Of a stretch of 64,000 nucleotides of DNA, positions 41,956 through 53,026 are shown in pieces. The stretch is from Candidatus Latescibacterota bacterium. Its GTDB lineage: Bacteria > Latescibacterota > UBA2968. Made by a program: the position numbers and the translations under genes. The stretch covers positions 1,760,001-1,824,000 of the forward strand of contig OZ240241.1 of NCBI GenBank assembly GCA_965198115.1, read 5' to 3'. How positions within the stretch are numbered: position 1 is the stretch's first letter; each line of letters starts with the position of its first letter. The notes under the pieces were generated by a model. That model ran no database searches and was not told the DNA's origin. It was given only the letters and a program-made list of their open reading frames with translations.

Positions 41956-43611
41956 TCAGTGCCTATCCCAGCTCGCTGCAATCAGCTCAGCGATTTCCTC
42001 GCTGCCCACCACCTTGCCATTCTCGTCGACCTTCGTGAAAGACGCTGCCTCGTAAAGCTGGTAGGCGTCCACGCGAGGATGATGCTTCGCCAGGTTCATT
42101 TCGAACCGAATCATGTCGTGCTCGCCCGCGAAGCGCAGCTCTTTGTTGGTCCCGATGTAGACGACGGGACGACCAGCGTCCTTCGCAACCCGAGTGGCGC
42201 GGTCGACGAAGTGTCGTGCCCTCGCCTCCCTAAGGAAGTGCATGTCCTTCAGGTGTACGACGTCCGCAATCTCTCGAATCCACGTCTTCCATTGCCAATC
42301 AACGTTCGGTGGCAGGTTGCAGGAAATATGTCGATCGTCCTCGAAATCGAACGTGGCATTGATATGAAGACTGGTCACCTTGCCCGCGGCTGAAATGGCT
42401 TGCTTCGCCTTGCGTAAAAAGTCGGTGTAGGCGTCTCCGTTGGCCCTGGACGTCGCATCCCGATCGATGTAGCCATCCTCCCCCTCTGCCACATCGAATC
42501 CGTATTCGTCACGATCGTGCACGTGGCTCGAATGGCCCGCGGCACGAATGTTCACGCCATCCACGCCAGCCTCGAGACAGTCCCCGATGATCTTCAACCA
42601 GCGATGCTGGACTTCCGGATAGACCGGGCTGAGCGACCCCACCAGATAGTCTGAAGTTCCTCGCATCGCTCCAGCGAAACCGCCCTCCGCATCGAGCGTG
42701 CGCTGCACTGACCCGACCGTTTCGTCGAAGAGGTAAGCCGTCTCACAGGCCTGGATGATCCTTTCCTCATCGTTCAGAAACTCGATGACCTCTGGCGAGC
42801 GGCCGTAGGCGGTGAGCTCCAGAATCGGCGGTCGACTTCTAGCCCGTTTCCAATCGATCTTCCAGCTGGCCGGTGTAGAAGGCAGCCGATTCCCCTCCTC
42901 GTCGCATAACTCGAGCAGGTTATCGAGCGTGTTGATAAACGTCCCTTCCTTCGACGCGCACGTGACGACGAAGAATCGATCCTCCAGATCGATCGCTAGA
43001 CCGTCGAACGTCAGCACACGACGTGGGCCTCCTGTGGGGAAATCCGATCGCCACTCGATGCCGTCGGTAAATCCCAGCTTGCCGGAATACCGCTCCAACT
43101 GGCCGATTCCGGACCCCGCGAAGATCTCGACATCATCCGGGCGGATTGATGTCGGGGCGTCGTCCGACTTGACCAGTTTGATCGATCGCACTGGGCGATC
43201 CGCATCCTGACCACCGGGCCTCCGCCTGAACTGCATTTCGGGATGTGCCAGGAGGAAGGGATCGACGGTTACGATCATCCCTTTGTGCGTGTCGAAAAGG
43301 GGCACGTCATCGGGTCTGGGGAACGTATGCGGAACCGCCCACACCGCCGGCCCCATCTCGAAGGGCTTCATCACGGCGTGGACGTCGATCGATCGGTCGT
43401 GGCCCGCCTGCACTGCGTAGGCCATCAGGCTCGAGCACCCGCCAAAAGGCGTCAGGTAAGTGTCGATCCACGTATCCCAATGCCAGTCCACACGGCTGAT
43501 CCCGAGTCTCGCAAAGTAGTCGAAGAGCTGATCGACGTGCGCCGGCTCGTAGAGTCGACCGAAGTTCACCAGATCGTCCGTAAAGTCGACAGTGACGTGG
43601 AGTTCTTTCAC
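41956..43611 (-). CDS. Hypothetical protein (possible glycoside-hydrolase-like TIM barrel with an inserted domain)
   Basis: 551-aa ORF in operon context; LSPVYPEVQ...GVDGVNIR segment is reminiscent of such barrels. Confidence 0.72.
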   Translation of the reverse strand: MKELHVTVDFTDDLVNFGRLYEPAHVDQLFDYFARLGISRVDWHWDTWIDTYLTPFGGCSSLMAYAVQAGHDRSIDVHAVMKPFEMGPAVWAVPHTFPRPDDVPLFDTHKGMIVTVDPFLLAHPEMQFRRRPGGQDADRPVRSIKLVKSDDAPTSIRPDDVEIFAGSGIGQLERYSGKLGFTDGIEWRSDFPTGGPRRVLTFDGLAIDLEDRFFVVTCASKEGTFINTLDNLLELCDEEGNRLPSTPASWKIDWKRARSRPPILELTAYGRSPEVIEFLNDEERIIQACETAYLFDETVGSVQRTLDAEGGFAGAMRGTSDYLVGSLSPVYPEVQHRWLKIIGDCLEAGVDGVNIRAAGHSSHVHDRDEYGFDVAEGEDGYIDRDATSRANGDAYTDFLRKAKQAISAAGKVTSLHINATFDFEDDRHISCNLPPNVDWQWKTWIREIADVVHLKDMHFLREARARHFVDRATRVAKDAGRPVVYIGTNKELRFAGEHDMIRFEMNLAKHHPRVDAYQLYEAASFTKVDENGKVVGSEEIAELIAASWDRH

Positions 43612-43623
43612 GGCATGCGCTCC

Positions 43624-44511
43624 TCAGGACTCACCCTCATCGAAAAGCCGATTCCATGCATCGTGGTCAGGAGTGACCTTTGAAGGGTCTCCGCTCCGGG
43701 CGATGAAACCGGGAACATTCTCTCGCCCCGTCGGCAATCCGACCTGGCAATACCGTGTGTCCACGCTCCATCGGACCGTATCGGACCTGTTGGGCGTCCC
43801 GCGATGCACGAGACGCTCGGACGTCAGCAGGACATCTCCAACGGCGAGCTCCGCGTCAAAAACTTCTCCCTCGGGCAGCACGTCCTCCTGAATGCCTGTA
43901 CCTCCGGTGTGACCGGGTGTCCCGTCCCGGAAGTCGTGGGCGATCAACTCCACCAGATGCGATCCACGAATGACCTGCATACAACCATTCTCCAACGTGG
44001 CATCGACCAGCGGGATCCAAGCGTTGGCCACAAGGGTATCCCCTGCCTCATCGGAGTTCAAATAGGCCAGGTCCTGGTGCCACGGAATGACCGTGATTGC
44101 CTGATCGGGCATCTTCGCCCGAAAGTTGAACTGGGGATGTGCATAGATCTCGGGACCGATCAACGACTCGATCACGTCGAGCAAGGTGGTCGACGTGCGG
44201 AGCGCGAACATGCCGCCCGTACGGATCTTCTGGTCCCGGAAAAAGCGCTGCCATATCCATCCTGGTTCCGAACACGCGCTGGAGGCAAGTGCCAGGCGCG
44301 TTTCGAAAGGGGCATCGTCGAATCGGCACTTCGGATCGAGCACGCCCTCCGCAATTGCCTCGTTCACGCCCGATTCGACCTGGGCCTCGAGATCGTCGAT
44401 CAGCGGCTGTATGTCCCTACGCGGTAACAGACCACGCACGGCCAGGAAACCGTCCTGATGGAACTGTTCCTTCTCGTCGGTGGTCAATCCCGGGTCTCTT
44501 GTCGCGATCAT
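43624..44511 (-). CDS. Phytanoyl-CoA dioxygenase (PhyH) family protein
   Basis: FHQDGFL, PWHQD, AWIPL, NGCMQVIRGSH, VHRG.PN.S..VRWSVD.RY; start MIATRD at 44511. Confidence 0.92.
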   Translation of the reverse strand: MIATRDPGLTTDEKEQFHQDGFLAVRGLLPRRDIQPLIDDLEAQVESGVNEAIAEGVLDPKCRFDDAPFETRLALASSACSEPGWIWQRFFRDQKIRTGGMFALRTSTTLLDVIESLIGPEIYAHPQFNFRAKMPDQAITVIPWHQDLAYLNSDEAGDTLVANAWIPLVDATLENGCMQVIRGSHLVELIAHDFRDGTPGHTGGTGIQEDVLPEGEVFDAELAVGDVLLTSERLVHRGTPNRSDTVRWSVDTRYCQVGLPTGRENVPGFIARSGDPSKVTPDHDAWNRLFDEGES

Positions 44512-44548
44512 GAAGTGCTCCTCGCCAACGGCTACAGCCCTCGATCTG

Positions 44549-45757
44549 TCATCCCAAAACGTCCTGCTGCCGCAACGACTCGATCTCTTCCCTCGACAGA
44601 CGGAGGGTCGTCTCGAGTATCGTCTGCGTGTCCTCACCCAACCCCGGACCCCGCCGGTGCTCCACCCCCGAATCACTGATCCTGATGGGACTACCCACCT
44701 GACGAACGGTGCCGAAGTCCGGATGCGACAGAGTCAGAATCATCCCGTCTTCATCCACCTGAGGGTCCTGGAAAGCCTCCTCCACTGAGTTGACCGGCGC
44801 ACAGGGCACTTCTCCCTTTAGCGTCTCGATCCACGTCGCCGTTGTCTGCTTCAGAGTCAGTTCCTTCAACATCGGGACAAGCGTGTCTCGATTCTCCAGC
44901 CGGTCGGCCGCTGTTCTGTATCGCGGATCATCTGCCAGTTCGGGCGCCCCGAGCAATCGCACGAGACTCTGATAGAATTTTTCCTTCGCGCACATCACGA
45001 CGATAAATCCATCCTTCGTCGGTAAAATCTGTGACGGGATCTGCGAAGGATGCGACGAATCCGGCATGCGTTGCGGTTGATGTCCCTTCGTAAGATGCCA
45101 GGCCCCCACGTAGCCCAGCTGCGCCAGCGCCGTGTCGAACAGGTTTACGTCGACGTCACACCCGCGACCCGTTTCGCGAGCGCGCAATATCGCGCTCACG
45201 GCACCGAGCGATGCCAGAACTCCCGCACTCAGGTCCACGAGCGACAATCCGGTCTTCTGTGGCGGCGTCGATGGGTCGCCCGTGATGCTCATCCACCCGG
45301 CGTATCCCTGCATTAGGTAATCGTAGCCCGGCTCCGCCGCTCGCTTGCCCGTTCGCCCGAACGCCGACAGAGAGCAGCAGACGATGGCCGGATTGGTCTT
45401 CCCCGGCGTCGCGTAGTCAAGCCCCAGCTTCGTCGGAAGGTCACCTCTCAAGTTATTGTAGACGCAGTCGGATTGCTCCGCGAGCCGCTGCAACAGTTCT
45501 CGACCCCGCGGGTGCTTCAGGTTCAGTGTGAGGCTCTTCTTGTTCCGGTTGAAGCTTTGAAAATAGAGACTATCCTGTTCGACCGTGTAAGGCGGGACAT
45601 AGCGACCGACGTCACCACCTGTCTCGGGATTCTCGATCTTGATGACCTCGGCGCCCAGATCGGCCAGCATCATCGTGCCCCACGGTCCCGCACCGAATTG
45701 CTCGACGGCGATAACCCGCACGCCTTCGAGCGGCGGTGCCTGCCACGCTTCATCCAA
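44549..45757 (-). CDS. Family III CoA-transferase (CaiB/BaiF)
   Basis: PLEGVRV, AGPWG..MLADLGAEVIKIE, NRNKKS, PGYD. Confidence 0.95.
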   Translation of the reverse strand: MDEAWQAPPLEGVRVIAVEQFGAGPWGTMMLADLGAEVIKIENPETGGDVGRYVPPYTVEQDSLYFQSFNRNKKSLTLNLKHPRGRELLQRLAEQSDCVYNNLRGDLPTKLGLDYATPGKTNPAIVCCSLSAFGRTGKRAAEPGYDYLMQGYAGWMSITGDPSTPPQKTGLSLVDLSAGVLASLGAVSAILRARETGRGCDVDVNLFDTALAQLGYVGAWHLTKGHQPQRMPDSSHPSQIPSQILPTKDGFIVVMCAKEKFYQSLVRLLGAPELADDPRYRTAADRLENRDTLVPMLKELTLKQTTATWIETLKGEVPCAPVNSVEEAFQDPQVDEDGMILTLSHPDFGTVRQVGSPIRISDSGVEHRRGPGLGEDTQTILETTLRLSREEIESLRQQDVLG

Positions 45758-46280
45758 GACCGGGTTCCCCCTCGATCGTCGGAAACTGATCCCGATGTGG
45801 CGCCGTGTCCTTCTTGTAGACCATCACGCTCCGCGTGAAGTCGATCACGACCTTTCCGTCCTGATTGATGCCCCGAGACCGAACCTGCACGATGCCAGCT
45901 TCGGGATAGGTCCGTGACTCGCGCTTGGTCAATACCTCCGTCTCGCAGTAAAGCGTATCCCCGATAAAGACTGGGTTGGGCAGTTTCACGTCCTCCCAGC
46001 CGAGATTGGCCATCGCGTTCTGGCTCACGTCGGGCACACTCATTCCCACCACGAGAGCGAGTGTAAACGTGCTGTTGACGAGAATCCGTTCCCATTTCGT
46101 CTGAGCCGACAGCCGCCCGTCGAAGTGAAGGGGGTTCGTGTTCATCGTCAGGTGAGTGAAGACCGAATTGTCGGTCTCGGTCACGGTTCGCCCGAAACGG
46201 CTGCGGTAAACGTCTCTCACGACGAAGTCCTCGTAGAATCGACCCTCCCAACCCGTTACGAGCTTTCTGGATTCTGCCAT
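45750..46280 (-). CDS. MaoC-family dehydratase
   Basis: GRFYEDF, GRTVTETDN, TMNTNPLHFD, ANLGW, PVFIGDTL. Confidence 0.93.
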   Translation of the reverse strand: MAESRKLVTGWEGRFYEDFVVRDVYRSRFGRTVTETDNSVFTHLTMNTNPLHFDGRLSAQTKWERILVNSTFTLALVVGMSVPDVSQNAMANLGWEDVKLPNPVFIGDTLYCETEVLTKRESRTYPEAGIVQVRSRGINQDGKVVIDFTRSVMVYKKDTAPHRDQFPTIEGEPGLG

Positions 46281-46283
46281 CGC

Positions 46284-47330
46284 TTACACCTCGTAGGTCG
46301 TGTACGCGTGCTCGCACGGATTGCCCTGGCTGACGTGAAAGCGCCCCGCCTCCGGTTCCGCGATCAAAGAGGCAACAGTCTTACCCACGTTGTCCCCCGT
46401 CTTGGGATGACGACAGATGTTCGAGGGATGACCCTCGTGGTCGGAAAGAACCGACTGCATCGTCTCCACCGTGATCGATCCATAGGCATCCGACACGAGC
46501 GCGTCGATCCGCTCGTAACGCCCGAACGAATCGGGAATGCTGGCGTCGTCCGTCTCCGTCGTGTGGAAACGGTCGCTGCAAAAGTGGTTCGCGTGAACGA
46601 TGTAGCCCTTTCCGCCGTCGCCCACTGTCGCATAGCCGTCCGGTGTCAGCTCCACGTCTTCGATGGTCTTGCAGCCCCCGCTCAGAACGTAATTCCCCGA
46701 TGAACAGACCGGGTTCGTGTCGAATACGTGAAGGACTTCCGCCACCGTCGTCTGCTCGAGGATCTTCCGCTTCACCGGGTAGTGTGGCAAGGCGAGTCGC
46801 CACGACGGCCCGCCGCCGAGTGCATTCGCGAAATGCGCGACACCCTCGGAATTCATCCCGTGGTAGCCCAGATGGCCTCCGAACGTCCACATCAGAATGC
46901 GAGGCCCCTTCTCGGGCACGACGTGAAGGACGATGCCCACGTCCTCCTGACGGGGATTCATGTCGGAATTCTGACCGATCAGAATGCGGCCATCGGTCGT
47001 GCCCTCTCCTGAAATCACGAACGTCGTGCAGGCTTCTTGAAGCGTCTGCCCGATTTCGCCTCGGATTTGCAGCAGGAGTGCCTCTTCGTGCGTCAGACCG
47101 GCGCCATCAGCCAGGCCACACCTCCTCCATCAAGTCTGGAGCAGCAGCTTCGAACAATGGTCGAAATGCGGCGGTTCGACCCAGGACTTCGTCTTGTGAC
47201 ACGTCGCCCTGCACGGCATCCGACACGATCATTTCCAGGAAGTGACGCACACGATCGCCGGCCTGCTCGCCGTGTTGGACCCCCATCTCGTAGGGCGTAC
47301 CGGAGACTTGGATGTAAGGGTATCCGTCAG
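46284..47330 (-). pseudogene. C45-family acyl-CoA:6-APA acyltransferase / Ntn hydrolase; frameshifted or deleted near 47090-47115, 5' end joined to foreign DNA
   Basis: VSGTPYEMGVQHG, ACTTF, IGQNSD, GMNSEGV, HANH motifs across ORFs 47107..47346 and 46284..47018. Confidence 0.85.
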
Positions 47331-47797
47331 ACAAAGAAAGCTCCATTTGAATTCATATCACTGGTAAGGAGAGATGTTCCATTGGCAAAGACTCTGTACA
47401 ACTCAGCTGCAACAGCGTTGTGATTGTTGAGATGGTGTAATACACGCACCATCAGGCCAGCAGTAAATGAGGCATCCCGGAATGGCAACCGATACACATT
47501 TAGAGCGATGAAACTTGCTTTCGTGCCTTCATTGCGCTCTAGCAGATCTCGTGCCTCGCGAAGCAGCGAGACTGCATAATCGGCGATCACGACTTTGGAG
47601 AACCTGCCGATATATTGGTGCGTAAGCCGGCCATAGCCGGCACCAATGTCAATGAACCATCCATGGCTTGGAACCAGCATCTTCGATACCACCGACTCTT
47701 CACATGCGAATTCAAAGTCTCGCTGAGCGCGGAGATCTCCTTCCCAGAATTCACGATAGTTCGTGCGCTCGTAGTTTACTATCTTGTTGTCAACCAT
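47327..47797 (-). pseudogene. Class I SAM methyltransferase, C-terminally truncated
   Basis: IDIGAGYGRL, LPFRDASF, MVRVLHHL; lower GC; ends abruptly at the junction with the C45 gene. Confidence 0.8.
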
Positions 47798-49745
47798 ACA
47801 TTGCTTCCCTTGCCCTCTGTGCGGCCTGCTCGGCCGTAACGAAAGACGTTGGTACACTATTGGCTTCCGCCGCTGCGGTTATGTTGCGTACATTTGCGAT
47901 GAGATGCCTAAAGCCAAAGAGCCTGGACTCTTCGGCGATTTCATGAGGGTGGAAGAAACCAACGAGTGTGTGGAGTCCTCCAGTCTTCGCAATGTTGCTC
48001 ATGTATCTCTCGATCCCAGACTTGAAGTAGGCAGGATGTTTGCTGACGATAAAGATCGACCTATCGCTCGACGACCGGTTGTTTGCCAGTCCTAAAAGAG
48101 GCTCTATCCGGGTTTCTCAACGGTGAAACTATAGAATGACAAGGTCATAGATCGTTCCCTACGCTTGGTTGTGTGTGTAGGACAATCAAAGCGAAGGGGG
48201 TGCGACCTATGACCGGGAGCAGATTACTATCGAAACTGCTGAGATTCAAGGGGTTCCGTGTTGTCAGCTGGTGGTTTGAGGGGAGAAGCTGCTTCGTCAT
48301 CGCCGTAAAGCCACATAAGAATGGTTGTTGTTGTCCGGAGTGCGGCCGTCGAGGTAAAATCGTCCGCACAATGCCCCATCCGCGTCGGTGGCGTGACATT
48401 CCGGTGTGCGGGTGGAGGGTCTGGCTTCTCTACCATCCTCGGGAGATTCGGTGTCCTACCCACGGTCGTGTGGTCGAGGAGATTCCGTGGGCGGAGCGGT
48501 TCTCTCGGGTGACGTATCGCTTCGAGTATGCCATGCTGCGCTACTGCCAGACCATGACGCAGAAGGCGGCGTCCGAGTTGCTGCGCATCTCTGCCTCGAC
48601 GCTGTCGAATCTCCTTCACCGATCCATCACGCGGCTTCGTGAAGGTCATCGTATCCGAGGGCTCAAAACCATCGGGATCGACGAGATCTCCTACGCCAAG
48701 CGTCACAGGTACGCCACGCTCGTTTACGATCTGGACCGCTCCTGCGTGGTGTGGGTTGGCCGCGGCAGGGCGCGTAAAACGATCGATCGGTTCTTCACAG
48801 AGGCTCTCAGTCCCTACCGGAGATCCAAGATCGAGTGGGCCTGCTGCGACATGAGCGAAGCTTACATCGGAGCCATCCAGGAACACTGTCCGAATGCCAA
48901 GCTGGTCCTCGATCGCTTTCACATCGTCAAGGCTCTCAATGTCGCCGTTGACGAGGTCCGTAAGGACCAGTGGCGTAAAGCTGCCCCGGATGAGGCAAAG
49001 CCATGAAGGGCCTCCGATGGCTCCTCTACCGGCACTCAGCGACACGCTCCAGAGGGGATACTCGGACACTCAAAGCACTGGAGAAGGCGAACTACCGAAT
49101 CTATAGAGCCTGGAGACTCAAGGACGAGTTCGAGCAGTTCTGGGAATACAAAGCGCCCTGGGCTGCCGAACGCTTCCTGAAATGCTGGACGACGTCCGCA
49201 CTCAGAAGTCGACTTGAACCCCTGCGAAAGTTCGTCAGGACCCTGCGACAGCACTTCTTCGGCGTCCTCGCATTCGTGAACACGCGTCTTACCAACGCCA
49301 TCGCCGAAGGCCTCAACCGAATCGTCCAAATCGTCAAGAACCGAGCCAGCGGATTCCGCACACTCGACGCATTCAACGATATGATCTTCCTTACCGTCGG
49401 AGACATAAACATCCCTGAGCAGATTCCGAAGAGGTTCCGCACACGCTAACCGCGCCCCCATGCCAGGAACCACGGCACCTTCACCCACTTCATCTCGTTG
49501 AGAGATCCGGATATAGCCCTAAAAGAGAGGCTGCACGCTTAAGCATCTTGACTGGCCGTGGGATGGCAAATACAGCGACGGGGATTTCGATGAATCCCGG
49601 AGACTCAAGAGCGCAGGCTTTGAAATTATCAGGTGACGGGGCGTAGACATTGCTTGGGCATCCCTCGAAATCCATGACGTTTACTCGACATTCCAGACCA
49701 GCTCGGATCAAGTCGCCCTCGTATTTCATTCCGGGGATGACAGAC
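47790..49745 (-). pseudogene. Polysaccharide-deacetylase-like gene; 5' end lost to IS256-B2, interrupted by ISL3 copy 3
   Basis: SVIPGMKY...FIEIPV...AASLL|GLANN...VGFFHPHEI joins in frame across the IS. Confidence 0.65.
48100..49518 (+). mobile_element. ISL3-family copy 3; transposase split into 48173..49006 and 49003..49449
   Basis: IRs present; 8-bp TSD CTAAAAGA at 48092-48099 and 49519-49526. Confidence 0.96.
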
Positions 49746-50754
49746 GGTCAAGTCCCATAGTCAGTTGAAACTCATCGGGCTCCGTGGTATTCATGCTCTC
49801 TGCCGAGCATCTTGATTGTCGCCGAGATTCAGGTTGTTTTTCAGTGCTTGCCTGAGCAGCGGGAGGTGTTTGTATCCGCTCACGCGTCGCAGGCGTGGTT
49901 CGATGTCGAGGAGTGCGGCCGCGACCCATCTGTGTCGCTGAGGAGAGTTGTTCCAGCGGTTGACCTTCCGTATCAGGTTGCCGGTCATGCTGTTGAGCGC
50001 CTCGATGCAATTGGTGGTTCGGAAGCTTCGCTTCAAGAACGGGAGCATCCCCAGCCGGTGGAGGGTCAGGGTTTCCTCCAGTCCTTCCTCGAGGCTTGCC
50101 ACGGCAGACTGATTCATCAGCTTGAGTTCGGGTTTGAGTGATTCGAGTGCGGCCTTTGCCTCCTCGTAGGTGTCGCAGTCATAGGCTTTCTGAAGTTTCC
50201 GTCGAACTCTTGGACGTTCTGCCTCCGGGAGGTAGCTGACGACGTTCTCGCGCTTGTGCCACTGACAGCGATGCACGCACACATCCCCTTTGAGGGCTTT
50301 GGTGACGGCACTGCGGAGTCCCTTTGAGCCGTCCAGCACAACGAGAAGGCCCTGGTCGTAGCACAGGCCTCTCCGGATGAGATCCTGGATCAGCTGACGG
50401 CAGATCCGTTCGTTCTCCGTCGCCGATTCGACGAAGCCCAGGGGGATCTTCTGGCCGTCCGTCGTGACGCCCGGAGCGATCACGATCTCTTCGTCGGCAA
50501 AGCTCTTTCCGTCGATGAACAGGGCGACCAAGTCGTAGTCGTCGAGCGGTCGTTCCTGGAACTGCTTCAGCTTCTTTGCGGTGGCTTTGATGAACCGTCG
50601 CGAGACGGAGGATGCCGAAATTCCGAACGCTTCGGGTACCGACTCTGCACAGGCTCTGTAGTTGCGACAGGAGATTCCCTTGAGCACACGAAGCAGCAGC
50701 TTCTCATCCATCGCTCTGGGCCTCTGCATCCCCCGGTATGCGGCCAGAGAAACC
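49746..50754 (-). mobile_element. IS256-family type B2 copy, 5'-truncated by IS3
   Basis: Near-identical inverted copy of about 53310-54310; right IR intact. Confidence 0.93.
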
Positions 50755-51978
50755 TGACCTGCCCCCCTGGATTGTTCCCATTCCTAAAGTTAGGATATCG
50801 GAACATAGAAAGGGGGCCGAATGGCCAGGAAGCGATACACAGCGGAGCAGATCATCGGACATCTCCGTCAGGCAGAGATTCGTATATCGTAAGGCAAGAC
50901 GGTCGGCGAGGTCTCGCGTGAGCTTGGCGTCAGCGAACAGACCTATTACCGGTGGCGCAAGGAATACGGCGGTATGGAGGTCGACCAGGTCCGCCGGCTG
51001 AAGGAGCTGGAGCAAGAGAACGGGCGTCTGAAACGTCTTGTGGCCGACCAGGCCCTGGATATCTCGATTCTCAAGGAGGTGTCCCGGGGAAACTTCTGAG
51101 CCCGACGCGGCGAAGGAAGGCGGTCGGGCACGTGCGTGAGGCCCTGGCTGTCTCGGAGCGTCGGGCGTGCCGTGTGCTGGGTCAGGTGCGCCGTACCCAG
51201 CGATACACGCTCAAGGTGGCGGACGGCGAGACCGTCCTGACCGCGAACATCGTCTCTCTGGCCAGCGAATATGGACGTTATGGCTACCGTCGAATCACGG
51301 CTCTTCTTAGGACCGATGGCTGGCGGGTGAACCACAAGCGGGTGGAGCGGATCTGGCGTCAGGAGGGGCTGAAGGTGCCCGCTAGGCAGCCGAAGCGGGG
51401 TCGACTTTGGCTCAACGACGGCTCCTGCATCAGACTCAGACCCGAGCATCGTAACCACGTCTGGGCCTACGACTTCGTGTTCGATCGCACACGTGAAGGG
51501 AGGCCGTTGAAGTTCCTGACAGTCGTGGATGAATACACGCGTGAGTGCCTGACCATCGAGGTCGCTCGCAAGCAAACATCACGGGACGTTCTGCGGACGT
51601 TGGCGAAGCTGATGCTGAGGTATGGTGTCCCGAAACACATCAGATCGGATAACGGGCCGGAGTTTGTAGCCAAAGCGGTTCGGGACTGGCTCTCGAGGTT
51701 GGAGGTCGGAACTTTGTTCATCGAGCCGGGCAGCCCGTGGGAGAACGGATACATCGAGAGCTTCAACGGGAAGCTCAGAGACGAGCTACTCAACGGTGAG
51801 ATCTTCACGACCTTGGAGGAGGCTAGGGTGTTGACCAAGTGGTGGCGCTGGCAGTACAATCACATCAGACCACACAGCTCATTGGGCTATCGCCCACCTG
51901 CACCTGAAGCGGTCACCAAACCGCTCACCGCAGCCATATCCTAACTCTGGATGTGGACACATAGATGGGGGCAGGTCA
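50755..51978 (+). mobile_element. IS3-family element (IS407-like ends); orfA has a nonsense codon
   Basis: IR TGACCTGCCCCC / GGGGGCAGGTCA; orfA ATG at 50821 with in-frame TAA at 50890; GGGGAAAC frameshift motif near 51086; orfB has YGYRR, WAYDF, RSDNGPEF, PWENGYIESFN; no TSD. Confidence 0.93.
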
Positions 51979-52837
51979 CGGGGTCGATGTCTCTCCCTCG
52001 CTGCTCTCCAGTGTGACTGATGATGTCATCGAGGAGGTCAAGGCCTGGCAGTCCAGACCTCTGGACACCATCTATCCGATCGTCTATCTGGACGCGATCC
52101 GCGTCAAGATTCGAGACGATGGAAGCGTCACGAACAAGGCCGTCTACCTTGCGTTGGGCGTTAATCTATCAGGAAACAAAGAGCTCTTAGGCCTTTGGAC
52201 GGCTCAGAACGAAGGCGCGAAGTTCTGGATGTCGGTCCTGACCGAGCTCCAGAACCGTGGCGTCAACGATATCTTCCTGGCCTGTGTAGATGGGCTCAAC
52301 GGCTTCCCTGAAGCGATTGAAGCCGTCTTCCCGAGGACAGATGTTCAACTGTGCATCGTCCATATGGTGCGGAACAGCTTGAACTACGTCTCCTGGAAGA
52401 ACCGCAAAGAAGTCGCCCGAGACCTCAAAGCGATCTACCAGTCCGCCACACTTCGTAAGGCCGAGAACCAACTGGAGAAGTTCTCTGTGAAGTGGGACAA
52501 CACCTACTCGATGATCGGTCGGTCCTGGCGTGAACACTGGGAGCACATCACCCCGTTCTTCGCCTACCCACCAGAGATCCGGAAGGTGATCTACACGACG
52601 AACGCCATCGAGTCAATGAACGCATCGCTCCGGAAAGTCACGAAGAACAGAGGCGCGTTCCCGAATGATCAGGCCGCCATCAAACTCCTGTATCTGGCGA
52701 TCCGAAACATCTCCAAACGATGGACCCGGCCACTGAACGATTGGAATGGGGCCATCAACCGGTTCGCCATCATGTTCGAAGATCGTGTCCCGTTAAAGTA
52801 ATCGTGTCACCAGTTACACAAATCTCTGGACACACCC
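51979..52837 (+). mobile_element. IS256-family type C (canonical IS256-like) 3' part, 5'-truncated by IS3
   Basis: YPIVYLDAI..KIR, ACVDGL.GF, QLCIVH, IYTTNAIES; right end TTACACAAATCTCTGGACACACCC. Confidence 0.92.
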
Positions 52838-53026
52838 AAACATTCCTTCACTCCGATCGAACATCGTGCCACAAGTTTGAAGCCAACCAGTTCCGACTCT
52901 TTCTACACAGTGCTGCATACGCCTTGCTTCAGGTGAGGTCCCTATCCTAGTTGAAACTTAAAGGGCTCCAAACTTACGTTGTGGGTAGACGTGTGAGAGC
53001 GTGTACCCGTAAGAAAGGAGCCCACG

